Shown here: in pieces, positions 12,197-24,200 of the stretch
How the letters are laid out: every line of letters starts with the position of its first letter
Numbering within the stretch: position 1 is the stretch's first letter
Assembly: GCF_006345805.1 (NCBI RefSeq)
Contig: NC_043000.1
Span: 28,520,001-28,584,000, forward strand
Direction of reading: 5' to 3'
DNA: 64,000 bases
Origin: Octopus sinensis
Lineage: Eukaryota
Made by a program: the position numbers and the translations under genes
The notes under the pieces: model-generated
Databases searched by the model: none
The model's input: only the letters and a program-made list of their open reading frames with translations
What the model was told of the DNA's origin: nothing

Positions 12197-12635
12197 ACTC
12201 TTTACACTTTTACTCTTGTTTCAGTCATTTGAAAGCGGCCATGCTGGAGCACCGCCTTTAGTCGAGCAAATCGAACCCAGGACTTATTCTTTGTAAGTCT
12301 AGTACTTACTCTATCGGTCTCTTTATCCGAACCGCTAAGGAACGGGGACGTACACACACCAGCATTGGTTGTCAAGCGATGTTACGGGACAAACAAAGAA
12401 GCACAAACACGCACACACACACACACACACACACATACACACATACACACACACAAACACATACATATATACGACGGGCTTCTTTCAGTTTCTATCTCCC
12501 ATATCCACTCACAAGGCTTTGGTCGTCCGAGGCTACAGTAGAAGTCACTTGCCGAAGGTGTCATGCAGTGGGATTGAACCCGGTGCCATGTGGTTGGTAG
12601 GCAAGCTATTTACCACACATCCTCTCCTGCGCCTA
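12196..12635 (-). mobile_element. SINE family C, full length with internal (TA)/(TG) microsatellite
   Basis: Reverse complement of the family consensus seen at 19567-19992 (tRNA-like head, CORE-like CACCTTGGGCAAGTGTCTT, tail GGCGGTGCTCCAGCATGGCCGC.GTCAAATGACTGAAACAAG). Confidence 0.85.
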
Positions 12636-12674
12636 TATAAATATATACATATATATATATGTATATATATATAT

Positions 12675-12713
<39 letters not shown>

Positions 12714-13599
12714 GCGTACATATACATACATATACATAAACACACGCGCACACGCATATCTATACATATATATTGTTGTAGGTTTTCTATCTGCCTTCAG
12801 GTATTATATCATAATTATAAAACTCAAACTGCTTTGTTTCCATATGCAGTTATATATTGTAATACATTGAAATCTAAATATGTCTTTTAGCGTGTATATA
12901 TACCTTTGTGTTCATGTGTGTATATGTGTATGTACATATGTTTCTATGTATTTTATGCAGATGTATGAAATTCAGAAACAGATTCATTCAAGTTGATCAT
13001 ATCATATTCTATAATATAAAACAACCTAATCAGCATTGGTTTTGATATCGTATACGACGCCTTTGCCGTGCAGCTCTGATATCTGTTGCTTATAGTAACC
13101 TATACAACAAATATTAGATAGATTGCTTCCTGAGAAATATATAGTCCATCCAGTATGACGTCATAAATAGCATATGCTCAGGTTCAACGGAAGTCATAAG
13201 GAATATTCAGAAATCACTTTATCATTGTTTGCTATCAATAATCTGAACATTAAACATTAGTATTCGAAGCCCCAAACGTAAACTTCAGCAGGAAACAGCT
13301 CTATTCTCCATTCTGTATCTACAGCAATTAAATATCCACTTTGTTATCGTTGGGTATAGCAATTGCTTTCTGTTCGACTGGGGTAATCACTCGTGGTATC
13401 ACTTATCTGATGCTCTGCTTGATTTATTAAATGCAAATGACGTTGGTTTGGCGTTCATGCGTTACTCCGGGCTTTTAATTTCTAGATTATAATATGAGTT
13501 TTGATTGAGTCTTAGTATCGGAAGCAGCGTGCGATCTCGTCTTAGGGGTAACTTGTGTGATATAGAGTTAGTCCCCATGACAAAGCTTAATGTATTGTA

Positions 13600-14340
13600 A
13601 TGTGTGCATGTATAATCGAAGAACGCATATAATCTAATGAGAAGGATTTATATACGTAGGAGTGGCTGTTTGGTAAATAGCTTGCTTACCAACCACATGG
13701 TTGCGGGTTCAGTCCCTCTGCGTGGTACCTTGGGCAAGTGTCTTCTACTATAGCGCCGGGCCGACCAAAGCCTTGTGAGTGGATTTGGTAGACGGAAACT
13801 GAAAGAAACACGTCGTATATATGTATATGTGTGTGTGTATATGTTTGTGGGTTGTGTTTGTCCCCCCAGCATCGCTTGATAACCGATGTGTGCATGTATA
13901 ATCGAAGAACGCATATAATCTAATGAGAAAGATGTATATACGTAGGAGTGGCTGTGTGGTAAGTAGCTTGCTTACCAACCACATGGTTCCGGGTTCAGTC
14001 CCACTGCGTGGCACCTTGGCACCTTGAGCAAGTGTCTTCTACTATAGCCTTGTGAGTGGATTTGGTAGACGGAAACTAAAAGAATCTCGTCGTATATATG
14101 TATATATGTGTGTATGTGTGTGTCTGTATTCGTCACCCACCCCCCCAGCATCGCTTGACAACCGATGCTAGTGTGTTTACGTCCCCGTAACTTAGCGGTT
14201 CGGCAAAAGTCCGATGGAATAAGTACTAGGCTTACAAATAATAAGTCCTGGGGTCAATTTGCTCGACTAAAGGTGTTGCTCAAGCATGGCCGAAGTCAAA
14301 CGACTGAAACAAGTAAAAGAGTAAAAAGATATTAAAGAGT
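13600..14340 (+). mobile_element. SINE family C with tandem 286-bp duplication including unique flank
   Basis: ATGTGTGCATGTATAATCGAAGAACGCATATAATCTAATGAGAA at 13600 and 13886, each followed by a SINE head; only the second copy continues into the tail. Confidence 0.88.
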
Positions 14341-14797
14341 ATACAATTTTTTATTCTTACGCAAACATATCGGCGCATTATCACGCATTTATTTATTGAA
14401 ATTACACAGCTTTTTTGTAAGTTGTGGTTTCACGCTGTCCACCACTATTTAAAAACATTTATTGATTTTAAAGAATTACTGTTGAGAACTAAACTTTAAA
14501 ATACTAATAAGGAATTATGAGCAATTATTGATAAAAATACAAAAGATTAACTTTAGTCTCACCTTCAATATTACATGCTTGAAAATCATCTCTATATACA
14601 TAAAGTGAACGATTCAATAGTGTAATTAGTAGCAGCACTATATAACGGTGAGGTTTTTTCATTTCTTATTATATTGAGTTCTGTTCAGTTTGGTGACTGT
14701 AGCATGAAAGCGAACCACCAGTGCTAAGTCGTTTTCACAAAGCATAGAACATGCACACACACTGCTTTACGAAGATGTATACATACTAAAATGTATC

Positions 14798-15035
14798 TAT
14801 ACCTATTTCTTTACTACCCACAAGGGGCTAAACACAGAGAGGACAAACAAGGACAGACAAACGGATTAAGCCGATTACATCGACCCCAGTGCGTAACTGG
14901 TACTTAATTTATCGACCCCGAAAGGATGAAAGGTAAAGTCGACCTCGGCAGCATTTGAATTCAGACGTAACGGCAGACGAGATACGGCTACGCATTTCGC
15001 CCGGCGTGCTAAAGTTTCTGCCAGCTCGCCGCCCT
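14798..15035 (-). mobile_element. SINE family A, full length, with TSD
   Basis: Family consensus; (C)TAAAATGTATC flanks both sides (14786-14797, 15034-15045). Confidence 0.88.
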
Positions 15036-15849
15036 AAAATGTATCCATACCATCTTTCTGTGTGTGAGTGTGTGTGTGTGTGTGTCTGAGTGTGTGTGTG
15101 TGTACACATAAATGTCAGATGTGTGAGTGTAGGTAGTGGGTAGCGATTTTCTTCTCTACTTCAGGGAGTGGCGACCGTGCCTGACACGAGTCCCGGATTC
15201 AGCTGGCTCCGGCTGATAGTAACCAGCATGGGCCCCTATCCAGGGTTACGGAAAGGAATCAACCTTCAAAGAAATCCGGAGTGGATCCCCGTAGGGAGTT
15301 TGGTATTCGACTCAACACTCTTCCAGCAGCTCCTGCAACCAAGCTGGTACCAAACTTAATGCTCTGAACTCCTTTGGATTACGTCAGCAAGGAATCCTGA
15401 CGATTGGCCTACCCAGGATTTTCTTACATCTAGCCCAGGCCTGCGCAAGACTGGAGAGGAGACTGGAGAGGACAGGAAATGTAAAAAGCAGACTGGATTA
15501 GTTTAGCCGCAACTCCATTGTCTCCCGAGTCAAAAGATGCCAACAGCAACAACCATCTTTGTGATGTTATGTGTGACTGTGTGTATGTGTGTCTGTGTGT
15601 GTACATACGTATATCACATGTATATGAAGGTCGTCCCTCAGTGTCTTAATATGTGTATGAATGTGATAGAGCTTTCACTCAGGCAGCTCTCGACTAGCTT
15701 TAATGTGCCGCTGAGTCAAGGGTAGGACAACAAGCGTAAATGAAATAGTAAGGAAGACAATATATGAAAGCAAAAATATTTTAGCCTTCACGACTAAAAT
15801 ACGTACATACATACATACATACATACAAACATACATACATACATACATA

Positions 15850-16309
15850 CATAACACAGATTGGAAGTGTTATCATGTACATTGTTTCGCCTTGGTATAA
15901 AAGATGGGTTACAACAAATATTCTGCTCAATACCACAGATTTGCTTGTCAGTTGTGTGACCTTAACCAGTTGAGCATTTCCCTTAGTGGCTGACGATATG
16001 TGCATCTCTGATGACGAGTAGAAGTAGTGGGGGAGCATCATAGCCATGTGTTCAGAGGGATCCTTTAAGGTTTGAATAATTCACCTCTGGAAACATGGGT
16101 GTTTCATTCAACGTCCTTAAACAACCCTTAATCAAGGAGCTTTTGAGTGGGGTGCGTTACCCGACCAGAATTAAATTCTAACTGGGCCCCACCCGCAAGA
16201 TCACGTGCTGTTTATCAGACGGGTAGTCATGCTGCGTATACTGGGCTTCGTATATTTTACCCCAGTGTCACTTTGATGGCATGCACTGCTCTCTCACTCA
16301 GTAATAATG

Positions 16310-16369
<60 letters not shown>

Positions 16370-16390
16370 TAATAATAATAACAATAATAT
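15850..16390 (+). mobile_element. Probable LINE/SINE 3' end terminating in (AAT)n
   Basis: Non-repetitive moderately GC sequence ending GGCATGCACTGCTCTCTCACTCAG followed directly by about 28 AAT units; no ORF recognised. Confidence 0.4.
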
Positions 16391-16396
16391 TAAAAT

Positions 16397-16590
16397 GGTT
16401 TCAAATTTAGTTACAAGGCCAGCAGTTTTGGTGATGGGGCTAGGTCGGTTATATTGGCACTCAATTACCCCTGGAAGTTTGAAAGACAAATTCGGCCGAG
16501 GCGGAATTCGAACTCAGAACGGGAAGACCGAGGAAATGTCCCTAAGCATTGTTCCCGGCAAGCTGACCATTCTGACAGCTCCCCGCCTTA
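16397..16590 (-). mobile_element. SINE family A (tail type 2), degenerate
   Basis: Ends GACAGCTCCCCGCCTTA (head); contains GGCGGAATTCGAACTCAGAAC. Confidence 0.7.
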
Positions 16591-16706
16591 TTTTAGTAAA
16601 ATATTATACCCCCAAAATAAACCATTACCTCTGCAGTTATAGTTATTTTCCATAAAGTCCCATCTCAATTTCTGGTCTCCATCTTTCATTCGGAAATGTT
16701 CACACA

Positions 16707-16745
<39 letters not shown>

Positions 16746-17256
16746 ACACTCACACACTCACACACGCACACACATAAACACGCATACACACACAAACATG
16801 CGCACACTCACACATATGAGCAGCAATATTTAAGCCATACAAACAAAAAGCGAAACGCTGTGTAACAGGAGCCGGGTTAGCCGGTCTCATGTTTATCAAT
16901 CTCATGTCAGTGTACAGTTAAGATCTCGCAATTTTGCTCGTGTTGTGCGCAAGTCATATCTGAGATATTTATACGCAGCCCACATATAAATATGATAGCA
17001 AATTATGTAATCCAACAACTATACTAATTACAGCTTCCATAACATATCAGCCGATTTAAAGCATGTTATTATATTTGATTAGTTAGTGAAAACAACGAGT
17101 TATCTCATGTTTCTCTCTCTGATGATATGGCTATATGCAAGAGAAACAGAAATGCATAATTTGGTGGGTGTTCAGAATATCGGAGAAGGTGTGTAGGTTA
17201 GTGGTTATAATGTTTTGTTCATAATCATATGGTTGCGAGTTCAAATACTGGAGTAC

Positions 17257-17678
17257 ACTTTTACTTGTTTCAGTCATTTGACTGTTGCCATGCTGGAGCA
17301 CCGCCTTTAGTCGAGCAAATCGACGTAGAACTTATTCTTTGTAAGCCTAGTACTCATTCTATCGGTCTCTTTTGCCGAAACGCTAAGTTACGGGGACATA
17401 AACACATCACAATCGGTTGATAAGCGATGTTGGTGGGGGGGACAAACACAAATACATAAACACAGACACACACACATACATACATACATATATATATATA
17501 TACATATATACATATCTAGGACGGGCTTCTTTCAGTTTCCGTCCACCAAATCCACTCACAAGGCTTTGGTCAATCCGAGGCTATAGTAGAAGACACTTGC
17601 TCAAGGTGCCACGCAGTGGGGATGAACCCGGAATCATGTGGTTGGTAAGCAAGCTACTTACCACACAGCCACTCCTGC
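17257..17678 (-). mobile_element. SINE family C, full length
   Basis: Family consensus with internal microsatellite. Confidence 0.88.
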
Positions 17679-18109
17679 GAGTGGTAAGTGGGCAGAACGT
17701 CGTGCTCTTGAACAATTCACTCCAGTTTTATGTTGCTCCAGTCTACGTAAATGCAATGAGGACACAACAGACACGAGTGAAGCCCTCTTGAGGAGACTGG
17801 AAGCGCATTTATGCCTTCTCGTGACTACATATCCACTTAAGACACTTAACGAAAATATGATACATGCTATCGAACTATAACCCAGTTTGTGGAGGTAGGA
17901 GCGGGGGATAAAATTGCCAGAAATAGTTTTATTCTTGTTTAGGACACTGTGGCTAGCAAACCCCAAAGATACCAATACAAAATGTCTGGAATTGAACAGG
18001 TGTCTGAGCTAGTCGCCTTAAAAAGTTTTCGTAATGAACATGGTGATCAGGTTGATATTTTTGGCCACTATTAATAAAAACATGGTATCGGAACAATACT
18101 ATAATATCT

Positions 18110-18442
18110 GAGGCCCCACTTCGGTCACGACACAGAGAATGGGATTGCACCTAGAAAGTTACCCTTCCAGGAACAAGTCCAGGCAAGGTTGTTTATGGAA
18201 GACCAGCTGTCGACCATACATACGGGCCTCCCCTCTCCACACCACCAGTGTTATTCAAGGGAAAGGAGCAGATACAGCTTGGCACCAGTGACGTCGCAAC
18301 TCATTTCTACAGCTGAGTTAACTGGAGCAACGTGAAATAAAGTGTCTTGCTCAAGAACGCAACACGCATCCCAGTCTGGGATTCGAACTCACAACCTCAC
18401 GATCGTATGCTCGACGCTCCAACCACTGCGCCATGCGCCCTC
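18110..18442 (-). mobile_element. SINE family B with a distinct tail
   Basis: Head GGGATTCGAACTC...CCAACCACTGCGCCATGCGCC and CORE-like CTGGAGCAACGTGAAATAAAGTGTCTTGCTCAAG on the reverse strand. Confidence 0.75.
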
Positions 18443-18879
18443 ATATAATGTAATATAAAGAAAATAGTAATAGATTTTAAAGATATTTCAATAACAGAAT
18501 AAAATATCTTACTGAACGAATCAGGATTAAATTTCTAAATATAAAGATTCAGAAATAGAAACGTTTTTAATATAAAGGAAACGCAGAAGCTTCACGATAT
18601 TTGTAACAGCTCTCAGTACATGTGACACAAGTATGTTATGTCGAATAAAATAGCGTTAAATCCAACGTAAATCGTTCTCTCTGAAGATATGAGCACCACT
18701 CGTTTTACCTGATAATCAGAGTGAAGGTGCAGATGTAATATTTATTTGAACGATAGACCGGTTAGTTTTGGCCAAACATTATGAGGCTATTACTTCAGGT
18801 GCAAATGGCGTGTGATGATAAGTTTACCTTATTAGGAGATGCTTCAGCTGCACCGCAGAGCCCAACCGATATAAGTATG

Positions 18880-19291
18880 GGATCTTTTCGGTTTGAGCGG
18901 CAGTTTTTAACATAATTTCTAGGTAACTAAAAAATATTAAACTTCGTATACTGGTAGAATGTGTTTATAAAACATCTTTTTCTCTTGGCTTTATTGAGAA
19001 AATTCTATAGTTTGTAAGATATTTGTTTTTTTTTCTTCAATTTCTGCAATTTCAACCAATCACTGGCGTTTATTGAGTTTAAAAGCATTCTGTGCCGTAT
19101 GAATATGTCCCTCGTTTAAGAAACACATTGGGTTTATTTAAATTTGTGAAGAAAAAAAGATACCCTTCCCCCACCCCTAACCTTAACCCTAACTAACCCT
19201 AACCAATAGATCGATTCTAGGGTCATAATTATTGGTGACAATTTCATATGACAACGCTAGAAAGAGACTGCTGTTCAAACCGAAAAGATCC
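18880..19291. mobile_element. GGATC-terminal MITE (long form) with internal (TAACCC)n-like tract
   Basis: TIRs GGATCTTTTCGGTTTGAGCGGCAG / CTGCTGTTCAAACCGAAAAGATCC; flanks TAAGTATG / TAA-TATG; same family as 36895-37325 in the opposite orientation. Confidence 0.88.
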
Positions 19292-19566
19292 TAATATGAC
19301 CATCCAATGTATAAATGTATATCTAGCTTCATTCAAAAGACTTTAATCTGAATTTCCACCGCACCAAAGACATATCAATTATGAACACTCACTAGAATCT
19401 ATCCGACATATATAGACCAAGTTGCTCAAGATACACAGGTACAACAAAAACAAAACAACAAACACTTGATAATGATTTGATGACAAATTTATCTTTAACA
19501 GAACGTATTATCTCCAAAACTCATCTAGAATAATCTCTTTTTGTCGACATTCATTCTGTGATATGA

Positions 19567-19739
19567 TAGGCACAGGAGTGACTGTGTGATAAGTAGCTTG
19601 CTTATCAACCACATGGTTCCAGGTTCCGTCTCACTGCGTGGCACCTTCAGCAGGTGTCTTCTACTATAGCCTTGGGCCGACCAAAGCCTTGTGAGGGGAT
19701 TTGTTACACGGAAACTGAAAGAAGCCCGTCGTATATATG

Positions 19740-19784
<45 letters not shown>

Positions 19785-19992
19785 CTATTTGTCCCCCCAG
19801 CATCGCTTGACAACTGATGCTGGTGTGTTTACGTCCCCGTAACTTGGCGATTCGGCAAAAGTGACCGATAAAATAAGTACTAGGCTTCCAAAGAATAAGT
19901 TCTGGGGTCGATTTGCTCGACTAAAGGTGGTGCTCCAGCTTGGCCGCAGTCAAATGACTGAAACAAGTAAAAGAGTAAAAGAGAGTAAAGAG
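19567..19992 (+). mobile_element. SINE family C, full length
   Basis: TAGGCACAGGAGTGACTGTGTG head to AAAAGAGT tail repeats. Confidence 0.88.
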
Positions 19993-20301
19993 TGGCTTTG
20001 AAAACAGATTTCATAAAGATACCTCTGTGTTTTTTATTGCTGTTCACGTCCGCTCTCAATCGTCATTTTCAAGGGGAATTTTAAAACAAAGATTAAAGTA
20101 AAATGATTTGCCCAGTAATGATACTATAGTATGAATGATACTTTTTAAGATAATAAACATGATGGAGAAGAGCTCAGTCGATAAAATATACCTCAATACT
20201 TGACTGATACTTATCTAACTGAACAGCGAAGTGTGGCCGAAAAGTCGATAACAAATTTTGTTTTAAAATTCATAACGAGGATATCTTCAGGAGAGCATCA
20301 T

Positions 20302-20667
20302 TGTAACAGTAACGGACCGAGATTGTAGCCACTTCATTGATACGTATAATCAGAAGTATTTATAAACAGAAGAGGAGAGAATATGGGAAAGAGCTGCTGT
20401 CCAACGGTATTAAAACTTTCAGGCTGTCAAGACAATCAGGAAAAGACAGGAGACCAAAACGACTGAGAACACAGGAGAACTGACGCACAGTGGGGAAACA
20501 TCCGCCGTATTTTGTATTGTCAACTTGACTAATGTTAAGTGATGTAAGTTCGTTAATTTGTCAGAATTTCAAATATTGTATCAAGTGATCTTTCGTTCTG
20601 GTGCCGTTGTCTTATCAGTCCAGTTCCCTATAGCTTGAAGACTGTATGAATTATTGTTTCTAAAACA
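20302..20667. mobile_element. Possible solo LTR
   Basis: TGT...ACA boundaries around about 365 bp of unique-looking sequence; no matching TSD found. Confidence 0.25.
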
Positions 20668-20996
20668 GTTCCAGCTTGTGGTTATAGTGTTAAACACAGT
20701 TATCAAGAGGGAAGAAATGCCGATTGAATAAGGTGTACGAAAGTTCTGAACGCAGCTCTTTAATTTAACTGAACGGTAATATGTCTAGAAATGATATAAA
20801 ATAAAGGGATTGAAAGCATCAATGTCGAAGTGATTCTTGCATATGTTCCTGTGTAAAGGTTCTGTCGGCCTGATCACCTTTTATTTTATGGCTGCTATTA
20901 TTTGTCTACTACGGTAACATGATCTCGTGGTTTTGATAGCAATATATTGCAAAGTCGTGGCAAATAGTACTCCGTACATTTTTGTGGCACTTAAGC

Positions 20997-21027
<31 letters not shown>

Positions 21028-21731
21028 TAAAGGTATTCCAACCATATCCATGGTGTATTGCCTAGGATTTTGCTCTCATGGTCGTCAGGTCGTGCTTTCA
21101 ATTCATTGAACAGGTGGTGCTTTTTTGTACTCTGTTGCAAATATTCATTAATAAATATTTGTTTTGTTTAACCTCAGCTCAGCTTTAATCAAGAATACTT
21201 ATGATTAAATGCATTCCAACCATATCCGTGGTGTATTGGCTAGGATGTTGCTCGATTGGTTGTCAGATCACGGTTTCAATTCACTGACCAGATGGTGCTT
21301 GACATTCTTGAGATACATCATTTCACGTTCCTCCAATCCACTTAGCAGAAAATGAGTTCCAGTAGTAGCCGGGAAGTTGATGCTGCAGCAGGATGCTGTT
21401 TACTTGGACAGTCTTGTGGTGCAACTCACTGATATTTAATGGAACAGGAACTAAGCCCCTGTTATATGACCGCCAGGTTTCATAACGAACTTAAACCTTA
21501 AGTGCATCTAAGACATAGAACTATTTTATCCAATGACTTCCATCATTTTCAAGATGATACAGTAACAATCCATGTACATGTAGCTCTTATTTGCAACAAA
21601 TATCTTATATACGCCCATACTGGATCAACTTTTTATACCTGATTCTAGAATGTCTTAGTATGCAGCAGCAATTCACTGCTGTTGTCAACAATAGCACATA
21701 TATTACAAATATCATTTTAGGCGAAGGAAGT

Positions 21732-22055
21732 GAAGGTGCGTGGCTTAGTGGTTAGGGCATTCGGTACACTATCATAAGGTCGTGAGTTCAATTCCCGGCG
21801 GCGCGTTGTGTCCTTGAGCAAGACATTTTATGTCACATTGCTCCAGTCCACACAGCTGGCAAAAATGAGTAGTACCTGTATTTGAAAGGGTCAGCCTTAT
21901 CACACTGTATGTCACGATGCATCTCCCTGAGAACTACGTTAAGGGTTCACGTGTCTGTGGATTGCTCAGTCACTTGCACGTTAATTTCACGAGCAGGCTG
22001 TTTCGTTGATCGTATCAGCTGGGACCCTCGTCGACGTAACGGACAAACTGCTCCT
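21732..22055 (+). mobile_element. SINE family B, full length (tail shared with 25145-25300 and 55617-56003)
   Basis: A-box TGGCTTAGTGG, B-box GAGTTCAATTCC, tail ACTACGTTAAGGG.CACGTGTCTGTGG...CACGTTAATTTCACGAGCAGGCTGTT. Confidence 0.82.
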
Positions 22056-22060
22056 TTTTA

Positions 22061-22436
22061 TAGACGCAGGAATGACTGTGCGGTAAGTAGCTGCCTTGCC
22101 AACCACATGGTTCCGGCTTCAGTCCCAGTGCGTGGCACCTTGGGCAAGTGTCTTCTACTATAGCCTTGTGAGCGGATTTGGTAGACGGAAACTGAAAGAA
22201 GCGCGTCGAATATATGTGTGTGTGTTTGTCTGTCTGTCTATCTGTGTGTCTGTGTTTGTCGCCCAACATCGCTTGACAACCGATGCTGGTGCGTTTACGT
22301 CCCCGTAACTTAGCAGTTCGGCAAAAATGACCGATAGAATAAGTACTAGGCTTGGAGGTTCGATTCTTCGACTAAAAATCGGTGCTCCAGCATGGCCGTA
22401 GTCAAATTACTGACACAAGCAAAAGAATAAAAGAAA
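22061..22436 (+). mobile_element. SINE family C
   Basis: Family consensus. Confidence 0.82.
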
Positions 22437-22623
22437 AACTAAAATCCAAGCACAAAGTTACCGGAATTGGTCGAAATCAGTGATTACCAATCAAGGAGGT
22501 AACGCCCCCTAGTACGCTGTGAAACATGAAAAATAGCGGTTTGCAGAGGAAGGTGCAGGAATCAGTTCGGAAAGGGTGTATTTTTTACTCTCTAACATTT
22601 TTTCATTATAATGAGAACAATCT

Positions 22624-22945
22624 AAGGCGGCGAGGTGGAAAAAACTTTGGCACGCCGGGTGAAATGCTTTGCGGTAATTCGTCTGCCGCTACGTTCTGAG
22701 TTCAAATTCCGCCGAGGTCCACTTTACCTTTCATCCTTTCGGGGTCGATAAATTAAGTACCAGTTGCGCACTGGGGTCGATGTAATCGACTTAACACCTT
22801 TGTCTGTCCTTGTTTGTCCCCTTTATGTTTAGCCCCTTGTGAGCAATAAAGAAACAAGAAACGTTAGCCCACCAGGCGAAATGCTTAGCGGTATTTCGTC
22901 TGTCTTCATCTTCTGAGTTCAAATTCCGCCGAAGTTCAAATTTGC
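22624..22945 (+). mobile_element. SINE family A monomer plus second partial head
   Basis: Full unit with tail 1, then AGAAACGTTAGC... restarting the head. Confidence 0.85.
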
Positions 22946-23559
22946 TATGAACAATAGCAAAAGCAATTTTTAAATAAAGTGAAACAGTTACACCTTCCCA
23001 TCTTAGGCAAGAGAAATAACACAGAACTAAACAAATACAACAATGAAAAATAATTCTTAATTGTACGAAAACATAGCCACGAATATATGAGCTGGCTTGG
23101 CGGTGTGGAGACACTTGCTTAGCAACCACGTGCCTTTGTGTTTAGTTTCAATGCGCAGCACCGTGGATGAATGCTTTCTACTACAGACCCGGGCCGACCA
23201 GTACTTTGTGAATGGATTTCGGAAACGGTGAGGAATCTCGCTGTTTATATATATATGGCTGTCTCTGTGTGTGTCTTTTAGGATCTCGGGCATCCTCCAT
23301 CCGATTGTGCTCAAATTTGATATGTAGATACCGACGGTATCAGGACGTGTATAAGTCTTGAACAAATTGCAAATATCGATTCCATGTGAGAATGAGATCG
23401 ATAAAGCCGTGGGAACGTGCATTTGTAAAATCGTTTTCCTTGGAATAGAAAAAAGTCTATCTTTATTCCTTCTTTTGCTGGTGTCTCAAATTTAGGCTAA
23501 ATCAGTGTTTCTCAAAGGGGAGGTCTATGGGAAGGTCGGACAAGTTGTTTTGGTTTAAA

Positions 23560-23815
23560 TGTTTGACAACTCAGCACCGTCCATTGGACGGGGTGCGTTT
23601 TGCTCGTACATAGTTAATCCAAACATGAAAACACAAAGAGAAAACACAACAACGCGAGGGCGTGGAACAAGTATAGTATTATTGGATGCTCAGGAAAGAA
23701 GGAAAGGAGGGTTTAACGTTTCGAGCGGAGCACTTCGTCAGAAACATAGGAAAAGGAAAGATCCAAAGAAGGGAAGTCGGAAGGAAAAATCGCCACGCGG
23801 TCACATTTTGAATCA
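23560..23815 (-). mobile_element. Penelope-like terminal repeat fragment with minimal hammerhead motif (23711-23745)
   Basis: Minus strand: GTTT CTGACGA AGTGCTCCGCTC GAAA CG TT AAAC. Confidence 0.55.
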
Positions 23816-23816
23816 A

Positions 23817-23860
<44 letters not shown>

Positions 23861-23865
<5 letters not shown>

Positions 23866-23956
23866 CACGTAAATAAAATACACACACACACACACATACA
23901 TACATATGTATATACTCATATACATGAGTATATATGTGAGGAATCTCGCTATTTAG

Positions 23957-23998
<42 letters not shown>

Positions 23999-24067
23999 GT
24001 ATCTAAATAGCGAGATTTCTCACATATATACTCATGTATATGAGTATATACATATCTCGCTATTTAG

Positions 24068-24111
<44 letters not shown>

Positions 24112-24200
24112 CTAAATAGCGAGATTCCTCACATATATACTCATGTATATGAGTATATACATATGTATGTGTGTGTGTGTATTTTATTTACCCTGTCTGT
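23861..24200. repeat. Nested palindrome (~100-bp arms) with internal tandem duplication
   Basis: 23861-23961 is the reverse complement of 24107-24200; an extra arm copy occupies 23998-24071. Confidence 0.9.

Noticed and set aside
13030-13110. Minus-strand peptide GYYKQQISELHGKGVVYDIKTNAD resembling a kinase catalytic loop
   Set aside because: It lacks the Arg of HRD/YRD, has wrong spacing, ends in a stop and has no other kinase motifs nearby; likely chance.
13325-13492. Acceptor followed by a 55-codon open frame (QLNIHFVIVGYSNCFLFDW...)
   Set aside because: No recognisable homology and an ambiguous donor; expected by chance in 64 kb.
16845-16870. CACAGCG heptamer suggesting an RSS/Transib end
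   Set aside because: No correctly oriented nonamer and no partner inverted end.
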